Shown in pieces: positions 39,640-51,500 of a DNA stretch of 64,000 nucleotides. A program made the translations under genes and the position numbers. The stretch lies in assembly GCF_009914755.1 (NCBI RefSeq), contig NC_060926.1; one strand, 5' to 3'. The notes beneath the pieces are model-generated. The model searched no databases. It was not told the DNA's origin and saw only the letters and a program-made list of their open reading frames with translations. Numbering within the stretch: the first letter of the stretch is position 1; every line of letters starts with the position of its first letter. The DNA comes from the human T2T-CHM13v2.0 reference genome, Homo sapiens.

Positions 39640-39970
39640 CTAATTATCTCATTGAAGCCCCAAAATGCAGCTTGAGATCATTCTTATTGTGACTCTCTTT
39701 AATTTACAGATGACACAACTGAAACCTTAAATAAACTGCTTAACTTCTTTAATTCCAGTTACCTATCAATAACATTGAGGATAATAATTCTTACAGGTTG
39801 TGAACATTTAATGAGATAATGTATGTATAGTTCCAATCTGATAGAGGAAGTGATCCATATATAATAACAATTATTTTATTATTTATACTTATTGCCCTAA
39901 ATCAAACTGTTAAGTGATCAGGCTGATTTGTCCTTAGGGCTTTGAACTCTAACTTCTGTGCTCTTCTCCT
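39640..39970. mobile_element. MIR-like fragments
   Basis: tttacagatgacacaactgaaac; ggttgtgaacatttaatgagataat. Confidence 0.45.
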
Positions 39971-40152
39971 TTCACTGTGCCATATTTTGGCCCCTAAAGT
40001 AGATATTTATTACATGAAATATAAATAAGAATTCAGAAGTTTATAAGGGTCTTCAATTTACCTGTGGACAGTGAGGATTTGTGAAAATCATATTCAGTAA
40101 CTTCTTGGTTTACCTCCTTTGTCACCTGCTACATTTTTGAGTGCATGAAACT

Positions 40153-40497
40153 TACACGGGAGGAGGGCAGGGAAGTGCTGGGAAGAGAAGTGCGTGGTCC
40201 CTAGCGAGGCCTGTGCCCATGGACCTAGGTGAGGACAAACACTCCTGCCTTCCCGCCCAAATGTTGCATTTCCCAAGATCACCCTGACCTGCCACGCCCA
40301 CACCCTATGCCTATAAAAACCCCTGAGACCCTAGTAGGCAGACACACAAGCGGCTGGATGTCCAGAGGAACACGGAGCCCCACAACCTGCCCGTTTGTAT
40401 GCTCCCCTAGAGGTTTGAGCAGCGGGACACTGAAGAAGCGAACCACTCTCCGCGTCGCATGCCCTGCGAGGGGGACAAGGGAATCTTTCTCGTTTCA
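40153..40497 (+). mobile_element. Solo ERV LTR (resembles LTR18 family, ERVL)
   Basis: ~345-bp GC-rich island ending TTTCA, TATA box at 40312-40318, near-identical 5-bp flanks aaact/aaacc; family from memory. Confidence 0.75.
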
Positions 40498-40548
40498 AAA
40501 CCTAGTTCCAAAATGTGCAATAATCTGCTCTCTCTATGGCAGCTTTAC

Positions 40549-40793
40549 CTGACCGGAGATGGGGTCGGTGCCCGCACGTGTCTGACCGGGGAAGGGGAGT
40601 GTCTTATGGGCGATGGGGACTGCTGCCGAGCCAGCTGTGCTTTGGCAGCAATAGACGGTGGTGTTGGGGATCTTGACTTTGGCTTCGGAGGAATCCTGGG
40701 AGGTGTTTTATGTGGCAGCTGTTGCCCAGCGGCACCATCTATGACCATCTCAACTGTTGCAATTGATCTGGCATCAAAGTGGGCTTCAATCTT
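40549..40793 (-). CDS. TTN: TTN exon 6 (Ser/Pro-rich Zis-1)
   Basis: CAG acceptor, GTAAAG donor; 245 nt. Confidence 0.95.
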
Positions 40794-40886
40794 CTGTAAA
40801 AGATTAAAACAAAGCCCACGTTGAGGAGGAATAGCTGGGGACGCAACAGCCTGAAAGGCTTGAAAACCAACAGTATAGAAAAATAC

Positions 40887-40972
40887 CTTTTCAATTCGGG
40901 TTTGTCTTGATTCTGAGATCTGAGCAGTCGAAACAATTGTCTTTGTCTTTTTAGCAGGTACTTCTTCTTCAC
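40887..40972 (-). CDS. TTN: TTN exon 5
   Basis: CAG acceptor, GTATTT donor; 86 nt. Confidence 0.94.
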
Positions 40973-41456
40973 CTGTGGGAAGGGAAAGATGAATGTTTGG
41001 GAGGGGGCACAATGACCCATTTTAAAAGAGATTCTGTTAATTCTGACTACAAAGTCAAAAAGATTTTCTGGATATCCCAATGGAGAAAATTGCAGAAAGT
41101 TTTGGATTTTGCATGAATATAAATTAGGTTTAAAAATAGAAAATGTTCATTACAAGATAAAAATTTACTTAGAACGATTTTTTAAAATTTCATTATTTGC
41201 CAATAATTTGGAAATGTAGATCACTTAATTGAAACCCTTTCCAGTTTATAATGAGATTCATAAGCACAGATTGCTTCTATTCTGCGCTCCTGACTAGAAT
41301 CTCAGGGACTTTTCATGGGTGTCGAAAAGCCAGCTTTTATATCAGCTCACAGCATTCTTCCCAGGGCTGTGAGAGGTGGCAAGTGGACGCTTGGCCCCAT
41401 TTAGACACAAACCAGCTCTCTCCCCTTCTCTCTGTTCCTCAACCTCCAGCACGTAC

Positions 41457-41744
41457 CTTGAACCAGTAATTCAGCAGTCGAAGTAGCTCTTCCAACGCTA
41501 TTGGTGGCATTTACTGAATAGGTCCCTGAGTCCTCAGGGTATGCTTCTGCAATCAGTAAGCTGTAGAGGTCGCCTTCTTGTGAAATTTGGAAATCAAGGG
41601 AGCTCTGGATTTCGGCTCCATCCCGGTAGAACTTCACCACAGGTGTAGGGATTCCAGTCACTCTCACTTGGAGTCTCACTTGGCTTCCTTGTCTCACGGT
41701 CATGCTCTGCAGTCGTTGAACGAAGTTGGGTGGTGCTGTCTCAG
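41457..41744 (-). CDS. TTN: TTN exon 4 (Ig Z2, telethonin-binding)
   Basis: CAG acceptor, GTACGT donor; 288 nt. Confidence 0.96.
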
Positions 41745-42769
41745 CTGCGGGGACAAGAGAACAAAGTCAAGAGTGAGAGCCAGGGTGCTCCCTACAAGGT
41801 ATTTTTAAATAATCACAGCTCCAATTCCAAAACCAGGTGATGACTCGCCAATCTAAACATCCTTGAATGTCCTTGAACCCAGCTCACCCAGCAATGACAG
41901 CAAGAATGGGAGCCAGGAGATTACAGAAGGCTTTCTCACCACCATATTTTATTTTATTTGCTTTGTTTTGCTGAGCAGTTTAGGCCACCACCTTTTGTTT
42001 CTTTGTTTTAAATAAAAGCTCTAGATTTTGTTATAACATTTCTTGAGAATCTTTCTGGTACTTCCCCCTCTACCTCACATCTAGCGCTCTATTAATATGT
42101 GAAAGCCATGTTGCATATTCCAGTAAGTTGCATTAAAATGAATTCCAGTGGTTGCTACGATGGGTGTACCTGTTACTTAAAGAATCATTACATTTTTAAT
42201 TTAATTTTTAAAATTCTAAACCTTCTCCAACTTGATAGGTATTCAAATAACCCAAATATTTACTTGCATTTAAAACGTTAATCCCAATAATAACATTACT
42301 TCATTTTAATTGTGTTACAGAAAGGGGATTTTTTTGGTTATGTTGAAGGAAATTTTTTATAAGTGTGAGGAGTGAGTGGAATTAACTTTGACATGATTTT
42401 GAGTAATAAACAACAGCAGGTGCTGCCAACCCTGTGCATTTTCCATTTGTGAATTTTCTGGGTGCATGCTAAAGTTCTACCTGATGTTACTTGATGTGGT
42501 TTCTGCTTAGGTCAATTATAGCCCTATAATTGAACATCATTGAAGGTAAAGTTTATTGGATAAGCATATGTAACTTTACGTAGCTCATGTAAGATATTGT
42601 TATAAAACATGTAAAGGCATGCAATATTCTGTATACTAATGTCTCACTAGGTAGTAAAGGATAGAGAAAAACAACAGAGGCCACTAAGATTGGTGATAAG
42701 TTTTCTGGGGAAACAGTGTCATGCATTTGAATAATAAACAAGCATTTATTTTCTTCTGGGTATGTTTAC

Positions 42770-42900
42770 ATGCCTCTTAAATGGGTGGTCTGTAGACTAC
42801 CGGCATCAGAATTATCTGGATGCTTGTTAAAGTGTGAATTCCTGGAGATTCACACTTCCCTGGAGAATATGTCTTATTCCTTAAAGGACTTATAAACAAG
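42770..42900. mobile_element. MER5-like hAT DNA transposon fragment
   Basis: ggtggtctgtagactaccggcatcagaattatctggatgcttgttaaa. Confidence 0.45.
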
Positions 42901-43199
42901 GCTCCAAGCTTTTCTACTTGCTGAGAAACATGATTTTTAATATTTCCTTAACATACTTTTGAGTGTTTAATATGTGTATTGAGAAACTGATTCTCAGTCA
43001 CTTTTACGATGTACTCTAGAGGAAAATTAAATTCCAAAAGGCAAACAACTTGGTTATAAATAATTCAGCCTCCAGTAGACCCTTCTGTAGTTTAAGAGCT
43101 GCATCTACCTCTGCCCATAGCTTTTTCTGGACTCCTTTCCCAATTTGCTGGAGATGTCCTCTGGGGGAGCAGAGGATTGGCAGGTCCCCAGCAGCCTAC

Positions 43200-43403
43200 C
43201 TTTCACGAGAAGCTCAGCAGTACTAGTCGCTTGTCCAGATCCATTGGTGGCTTTCAGGGAATATCGTCCACTGTTGGCTTTAGTCACGGCGGGGATCGTC
43301 AGTTTAGCGCGGCCATCGCTAAAGGAGATCTGCACGCCGGGCAGAGTGGAAGTGGAAATCACCTGGCCATCCCTAAACCAGCTCACCTCAGGAACTGGAA
43401 AAC
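43200..43403 (-). CDS. TTN: TTN exon 3 (Ig Z1)
   Basis: CAG acceptor, GTAGGC donor; 204 nt. Confidence 0.96.
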
Positions 43404-44503
43404 CTGAAGAGCAAGAACAATTCACCTTTATGTTTGAATGGGCACCACAAAGTCCTCTGCTCTGTCCCATCATGTTCACTGCCTTGTCCGAATCTGTAAA
43501 AGCTTTCCAGCATGGAATGCCACTTAATGATAGGGAAAACCCTACAGTTGCATGATCAGTGTGTAAACCTGCAGACCATTAGGAAGGCAGGAAGGGAGGA
43601 AACTGAGACCAAAAGAGGCCTAATGATTTTTCCAAGGTCCTTCAGCTAGCAGTGACACAGAGGGGACTAGAATTTCCATCTCCTGCCTGCCTGCCTAGGG
43701 CTCTATCTGATGCAATTTAATAGACAACATTAAAATCATGAAAGGGACTTATAAAAATGAAGAACCAAGGAAAATTTGAAATAAAGAGTGATTGTTGTCC
43801 TCTTTGAGAGCAAGTGAAGAACAAAAGCAGCAAACTGATCTCCAGTTTCTGCCTGACAAGCCCAGGAGGCATGCCCTCCTCCCTCCTCTGTGGTTACAGG
43901 GACACTGTCTTCTTGGACTCTTCTGCTTTCACAAGTGCAATCAGTAAAAACATTGTAACATGGACAAGCAATTTCTCATAAGAGACTAATCCAAACCTAG
44001 TCTTCCAGAACAACATGGATCATTGGAATTGCAGGTAGAAAGCCAAATTCTCTTTATCTGCCATAAATTGTAGAGCCAAGAACTACATGTCCATGGTTTG
44101 ATGTTTTAAATATATTAAAACTCTGTACATTGAGAATGTACGAGGCACATTCAGGGCATGATTTATTTCACACTTGGCATAAAGGTTGATGCTCTATCTA
44201 CTTACGCTGGTAGGTAAAGATAATCTAGAGAAAGTCTATTTTGTTGTTTATACATTAGCCCATCTCCCACTATGGCCAATTAAATAGTTTATTGGACTGA
44301 TTTATGGGTATTGGATATTTTCAGTAGTGTCTTTGTAATAATTTATTTGCATATAGTTTGAAGGAACAAGAAGATATGAAGTAGCCAGATTCCACTACTT
44401 CTCAAGGAGGCAAATTCCCACTGAAGTCATATGTGTTCTGCTCAGTTCAGAAGTTACTGAGTGTTACCAGATAAATAGGTAAATTATTTGGAAGTCGGTA
44501 AGA

Positions 44504-44579
44504 CTTATTTTCTATTGTACATATATAGACCAATGAAAAGGGAATTTCATTGGTCTATATATGTACAATAGAAAATAAG
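44504..44579. repeat. Perfect inverted repeat, 35-bp arms with 6-nt spacer
   Basis: 44504-44538 is the exact reverse complement of 44545-44579. Confidence 0.97.
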
Positions 44580-45613
44580 CAATGATTATATGATATTTGT
44601 ACAATGTAAAAGAAAGTATTATCCAGTTATGAATAAGATTGGTGCATATAATAGAAAAAAAGAGAAAAAAAGAAATTTTATTTTATATCTTTATTATAAG
44701 CCATAAAATTTTAAAAAAGAAGTGGGCAATGAACCATGGAAGTGCACTAAATTAAGAATTAAGCATGATTTTTTTTAATCCGTATCCATCTTACATGGCT
44801 CGTTACAATACTACAGAAAGAGAAAATATTGATTAATTTTAAAATTATTTACAATATAGTTCATACACTACTCTCCATTTTTTCATAAGATGATACCATG
44901 CATTTTTTTGAACCATCCATAAACTGAGTTATGAGGAAGAAAAAGAAGGCAAAAAAGAGATGAACTTCCTTTCAGATAAAATTCTAGGGTTAGTGTTTGC
45001 TTCCTTTTAAATAGAGACACCCGAGAAGCATATTATTTTCTGTCATTTCAAAACGATTGGAAAGTCTTTTAATTCATTAGAATCACTCAATAAAGATTGA
45101 AAATAAAATAATAAAATAATGAGGAGTTGGTTAATTACTGAACAGCTCTGCCTCTGAGGAAAATTAGATGCACTGTTATTTTGCGTGTGAACCAACTGAA
45201 GTTCAGGTGTCCAGAGCAGGCAGCCCAGACTGCCTACCCCATGGCTCTGTGGCTGGCTTCTATTGGGCTTGAGTTCTTGGCTTCCAGTCTGGCTCTGCAG
45301 CTGAGCCCAAATATAGAATGACTAAATTTGGTCCTATTTAGTTGCTGGATTCTAACGGCAATTTTAATCCAACACTAATTATTTTTGCTTTGTGGAATAA
45401 TAAATATGAATAAAACATTTCAAGCCATTATATTGTCAGATTTTGTCAGTACTCTGTGAATGGTATACCCTTAAAATGACCTTTCCATAGTGTTGGACTA
45501 ATTTTCCGAAGTGAAAGCAGGGCTTAAACTTGGCGTCAAGTCCTGCAGCAACGTTAACTTACTGGAGAGGAGGCAAAGGAAAAAAAAACAAAAGTGTGAA
45601 TGTGTGAGCTTAC

Positions 45614-45704
45614 CACTAATGTGAGCCTCAAAGGTTGCGGTACTACCCTCCAGTACCACAACGCTTTGTAACGGCTGCGTAAACGTCGGTGCTTGAGTTG
45701 TCAT
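45614..45704 (-). CDS. TTN: TTN exon 2 coding part (start codon; exon begins at 45717)
   Basis: CAG acceptor 45720-45718, AAGATGA start, GTAAGC donor; 91 coding nt. Confidence 0.97.
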
Positions 45705-46122
45705 CTTTCTAGGCACTCTGAAAAAGAAGAGAAAATAAATTAGGGTGTCCCAGCTAAGGGTCACTCTGGAGCTGCTTTGCAGATAGCAGAGACACACGTT
45801 TCTCCAAATGGATTGCTCCATAGGTCATCTGTGGGCCTAGAGTGATGGGCAGGTCTTCTCTTTTGTGGCTTGAACAGTTTTGCATAGTTCATCATTGAGT
45901 TGACTTAAAGCCTAACCCAAAGTAGCAAGTGTAAGGGGAAATGGAAAAAAGTATTAGCCAAACAGAACAAGGAATGAACCCTAGTGGTCAAAGAGGGAAT
46001 ATACAGTCTTACCAATGGTGGAAAACCAGGTTCAGAGTTGAAGAAGAAAACCACAGCAATGCAGGGTTAGTGAAGTGTAATTAGAGAGACAAGACATGTG
46101 ATAAATGTAAAATAAACCTCTG

Positions 46123-46467
<345 letters not shown>

Positions 46468-47339
46468 TTATTTTAAAAATTTTCCTTCTCCCCAATATTT
46501 TTCGTTCACTCTATATTTATAAAGTTGACATTGATTCAGACATTATCTGATTACTTAAAATAGTTGCCAGAAGTAAAAATCTGAACTTTGTAATCTCTTT
46601 CCTGACTGGAGAAGCTTTGGCAAGCCTTATCAAATATGCAAGCTTTTTGTAGACGGCATACGGTGCTTTCTATTTCTTAACATTTCTTCATACTGTAACT
46701 GTGCAGTAAATGTTGTTACTGCTGAAGTAAATATTCAGAAAAATTTAAATTTTAGTGAACAGGCCAAAGTTTATTATAGTTCTGAAAGAAAAATGCTGGC
46801 TTGAGTTCTTAATATGGAACAATTTGCAAACTTTGAATAATGGAAGGCTGGTGTAAAATGTAGATGAAGTGAAAAGGCCTATGCTTTCATAAAGTAAAAT
46901 ATTCAACATCAAAGAAACGAATATAAAATTTGCAGTTAAGTCATTTTGTTAAGTGCAAGAAAGTACTTTGCCTATCAGTTTCAGAGACATTATGTGAAGA
47001 ATTTTCTGATGCATAAATACCTAATTATTCAACATGACTATTCTGTTCTGAAATAGAACATTTCTGAATTGTCAATCACTTCATTACTATTTTTCATTAA
47101 ATTCTTTGTTTACTAAAACTTCATGGAGCAATAATCTTCTTAGTGATAATTCTGTTCCTTACTGTAACCTTCTACTTAGTTAAAAAAATGAAACCAGCAT
47201 TCTCTGAGACAATAAAATTTATATTTGGAAAAATCAGATAATATCCAAAAGCTTTCATAAATTTTTTTTGTCAGAAACTCCTTTTTGTAGCATATTATCT
47301 TTGGGATGAACAACTTTCTGTGTCTAACTTTGTCTGTTT

Positions 47340-48260
47340 ATAAGTTAGTATATCTAAAAATAGCTGTCCTCTTAGACATAGAATACCTAATTATATATCT
47401 ATGTATTTACAGGCATTGACAATTAGTAATCAAATTCTAGGAAGATGAGAAATCAAAGTGTATTTAGAAGTAAGAAACCTTTCCTTTAAACATTATTTCT
47501 TACCCTTCTTAGTGTCAACATTTATCTCAAAATATATAATTGGACTGTGTGCTGAGTTAAAATGCATGAAGAGATTCTGAATATTTTAGAAAACAATTAT
47601 ATCATTTTATTCCAAATCTCCAACTATGTTGCAATTAACCAGCTTAAATTGATCTTACATTCCTATTGTCTAGGTAAATTTTATTGCCTTAGCACTTGCT
47701 CTTCACAGGCCTTTGTCTAACTGGGGCTGAAGGTATGCGTCTAAAATGTCATGCTCTTAAAATAAACTCTCCTAAACTCTCCAAGGTTGACTGACAGCAG
47801 GCAAGTGTTCTGTCACTGTCCTGCAACTGATACCTCAGCAGTTGATTCCCTTAAAAAGTCATCAGGGTGTAGCTGATACCACATGCATTTTATCAGAGCT
47901 ATTCTTGGTGTGCTTAACTTTATCATTGAGTAATATAACCTTGAACATTCTCAACAGGCAAAGAGAGTCTAGAAAAGAAGTAAACATTTCTCTCAACATT
48001 TCAGACCTCAACTTTTAGAATATTAAGTGAACTTAAACAATTTGAATCATGGAATCATTTAGCTGATATAATAAAGCTTTCAACTTTTTAAGGAAAAATG
48101 TTCAGACATTTTAAAATAGAATTTAACAAGCAGATTTAAATAATGGGTCAGCACTGGCAAGAAATAGTCATACAAACACTTGTACATAGGCATTTAGCAC
48201 ACACAAATAATCCAGAGCCAGAGATCAATAAGAAAGTGACTCTACTATTAAAATAAGAAA
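47340..48260. promoter_or_regulatory. Putative intron 1 muscle/cardiac enhancer region
   Basis: MEF2 CTAAAAATAG (47354-47363), TEAD-like ACATTCC (~47657), E-boxes ~47825-47845, GATA motifs ~47890 and ~47920, NKX2-5-type TTAAGTG (48023-48029). Confidence 0.5.
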
Positions 48261-48337
48261 AGTTGCTGCTCACCTGATTTCTCAAGAGTGCCTAAAAAGG
48301 GTGGGACTAAGCCCAAGGTTGCTTCTGAAACGACGTC

Positions 48338-48373
48338 CTATGGAGAGTTGGTTTTTCTGACCATCTCCGACAT
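48338..48373 (-). other. uORF in 5'UTR (MSEMVRKTNSP*)
   Basis: ATG TCG GAG ATG ... CCA TAG, 12 codons, two in-frame ATGs. Confidence 0.75.
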
Positions 48374-48400
48374 GAATCGGTGAGCCTCTAATCCTAAAAA

Positions 48401-48432
48401 CAAAACTACACAGTCAAGACTGTGTAGTTTTG
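48401..48432. repeat. Perfect 15-bp inverted repeat in 5'UTR
   Basis: caaaactacacagtc-aa-gactgtgtagttttg. Confidence 0.95.
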
Positions 48433-48485
48433 CTTTTCTATGCAATCCCTACACCCGAGGCGAGGCTGGGAATGCACGACTGCTC

Positions 48486-48660
48486 AAGAGCCAGGGTCTG
48501 GCCTGCCCTTATATTCACCAGATCTGCTGACAGCCCCACATCCTTAGGCAGGGCCCTGGGTGATTGGCTGTCTTAGGAAAGCATGATGGGAGAGGACCTA
48601 TTTGGTAGTGTCACATACCACCTGTTCTTCTGATTGACAGTGCTAAATTTAGTACCTCAA
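48486..48660 (-). promoter_or_regulatory. TTN proximal promoter
   Basis: TATA-like AATATAAG (48508-48515), CCAAT box CAGCCAATCA (48561-48570), E-box CACCTG (48619-48624), TGATTGACAG (48631-48640), MEF2 CTAAATTTAG (48643-48652). Confidence 0.8.
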
Positions 48661-50259
48661 AGGAGACTTCACCAAGGAAATAGAACTGTATTTAAAGAAT
48701 AACTGTGTTGAGGCTCAGAGAAGAGCATTGGTTGCTGATGTTAAAATCCGAAAATGCAGGTTTAAAGAGGTGTGACAGTAGATAGCACTTGTGGGCAGTC
48801 ATACAAAAGAGCCCCAAACCTGAGGACTGTGCCCTGAGTCAGGCCCCAGTCCTGTTCCCTTCCCCCATAAAACAAACCAAATGGACCTGTCAATCATGAC
48901 AGCAGATGAGGAAATTTATCTCAAGCATAAGGCTTCATGTTCTCTGAAGAATCAGTTGCTATAAACCTTAACGTTGAAGAGAGCTCATTTGTACTACCTA
49001 CATTCTCCAGAATCCACTTGTATTTCGGGGACAGTTACACTGATGTTAATGAGCTTATTGCTTATACAACCCTGCAAGATATAATGTTGAAAGGCAAAAT
49101 TGGAACTCTGCTTAGGTTAGTCTGTACAGTACAATGATTTCACCTTTGTCAGATTTCATTTTTGTCTGGCATTAATATTTACAAATATGTGTGTACTGCT
49201 CCTTAGTAAGTAGCCAGGTCTTATGCTTAAATCATCCATAAGGTTCCTTTTCCAGACACATGAATGCTGTTCTGCTAATCTCTGGAGTTTGCTGTTACTA
49301 ATGGGAAGTGGATAGGAGGTGATATAGTTGCTATTTTAGGACTGAATTTAATTTCAAGCAAGAGATATTTCAAATAAAAAAGAGCACACCAAAAGATCTT
49401 TATAATGACTCAGCTGAGAGATTTGTGAAACTCTACTTAGAGGGAGGAAAATTGTCTTGTTGATAATGGAAAGAGACTTTTATCAATAAAAGAGACTAAA
49501 ATTTTTAATTTAAGTTAAATTTCTTTATGTCTGTAATAAAAATATTCCCTGTTATGGAAGAATTTGGCCATGCATTAAACTTTTCAATTTCTTGAGTATT
49601 TCATATCTTGTATTTATTTATATAGTGATTAATATGTTAATGTTTAACAGTTTAAATTTACTGACAACTAATGTAGTATAGTTATGTTAACAAGATGACG
49701 CCATGTACTTATTTAAACATTTTTCTCCTTTACTTAAGTGGTGGTATCTGTATTGGTGGCACCATTTCCACCCCCATAGATGGCATCTGCTATAATTCTA
49801 TTTGATTGCTTTATTCAGAAACAACTGGTTTCATATTATATACTTTGAAAATTATTCCCACTGAGAGATTTGTGTTACAAAGAATCTGCCAGTCATAAGG
49901 CAAAGAAACACTAGAAATGTATGATCTTTCTGTTTTGGAGTGTTCACCAATTGGCTATCTATTTAAGATACGTTTGTGCATATTTGTGTGTGGGTATGTA
50001 GTGTGCGTGTGTGTATTTTTAGACTCATTTGACCTAATGTGAAGCACATTAATGTTACGTTATGTTTGTTGGAACTAAAGTCAAATCATTTTAATTCTTA
50101 CGGGAACTAGAGGGAAGAAGTGACTATAATCTGGAAGCCTGCGTCATCTTGACATGATGCAATTCAGGTAACTCAAGAGCCAAGAAGATGGACCATATGT
50201 TATAAACATAAAGTCAAGTGTCTGTCCTCTTAAGCTGATTGTCTAGTCACTGTTCTTAG

Positions 50260-50522
50260 ACTTTTCTAGACCCTGCCTGCCAGCCTACATCTTTCTCCCG
50301 AGCTGGATGCTTCCTGCCCTCGAACATCGGACTCCAAGTTCTTCAGTTTTGGGGCTTGGACTGTCTCTCCTTGCTCCTCAGCTTGCAGACAGCATATTGT
50401 GGGACCTTGTGATTGTGTGAATTAATACTTAACAAACTTCCCTTTATATAAATATATATATGTATGTATATATTCTTCCCTATATACATATTAGTTCTGT
50501 CCCTCTAGAGAACCCTAATACA
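50260..50522 (+). mobile_element. MLT2-type LTR 3' part
   Basis: gagctggatgcttcctgccctcgaacatcggactccaag...ttagttctgtccctctagagaaccctaataca. Confidence 0.75.
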
Positions 50523-50929
50523 CCTTGCAATATTGTCAAGATCCTTGCCTTTAGGCCTTTATATGTTTATGTGACATTCAGAATTAAGAAAAGAAAAAAA
50601 TGAATGAACAAAAGAAAAAAGAAGAAAGAAAAGGAAAGAAGGGACCAGTTAGTAAATAACTAATATGCTGCTCTGAAAAAGAGTTCTTATTATTGGAATA
50701 GTAATGGACAGTATATGATATCATGGTATGCATTAGTTTTAAAATTAAATATGCCATCGTTAGAATTAGTAAACTAGTCTTGTGGAAACCAAATACTAGG
50801 CAGATTTGGGGAGTTTGCTGATGGAGTAAGATCTCAATTTACCACCCTAACAGTGGGGAGGAGCCACACAGATAATCCCAAACAGCTGATAATTCAAATG
50901 TAATGCCTACTTAATTTGGAATGCATGGC

Positions 50930-51500
50930 ATGATTCTCTCTTTAAGCACAATATTCAATGAAATTCAATAAATATTTATTAAACATATAGTCAGTGCTGA
51001 GCACTGGGATAAATTATTACGATTTTGGATTCTGTCATTATTTATTGATTTGACAAATATCTACTGAGTGGTGACTTTGTGCTGGGCATTGTGCTAGTGA
51101 TGGCTAGGCAGAGCTGACCAAGAAAAGACAGTTAGAATTATTGTGCTCTTAGAGATCATGGTCTACATCAACTCTTAGTGAATGCTCATTAATCTGTGAC
51201 TGAGACCAAGTCTAGGATATATGTAAAACTCAGGCAGTAACTCCAACTACATAGTCAGACTTTGTTTACCTTATATAGGACCATTTACAAAGGAAGGACT
51301 TACTGGGAGTTATTCGAGAAATGGGTACAGTTTTGAAGGCCAATGCAAGGATACTAGAAGAGAGTAAAACTAATGTATCTTATGACTGATTAAATTTTTT
51401 TGTGTGTTCTTTTATTGTATTAAACACAGTTTAGGCACAGAGATCATAGCAATGCACACAACACACAAAAATACCTGCCCTCTAAGAGTTTACATTTTTG
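50930..51500 (-). mobile_element. L2 3'-end fragments
   Basis: ttcaataaatatttattaaacat; caaatatctactgagt...gtgctgggcattgtgctag. Confidence 0.5.

Larger units (their letters stand above)
48274..48485 (-). other. TTN: TTN exon 1 (non-coding 5'UTR); TSS about 48485
   Basis: CAG|GTGAGC donor; sequence matches my recollection of the TTN mRNA 5' end (GAGCAGTCGTGC...); TATA-like element 25-30 nt upstream. Confidence 0.85.

Noticed and set aside
48597-48605. CCTATTTGG in the promoter, and CCTTATATAGG at 51269-51279, as CArG boxes
   Set aside because: They have 5 and 7 A/T bases rather than 6
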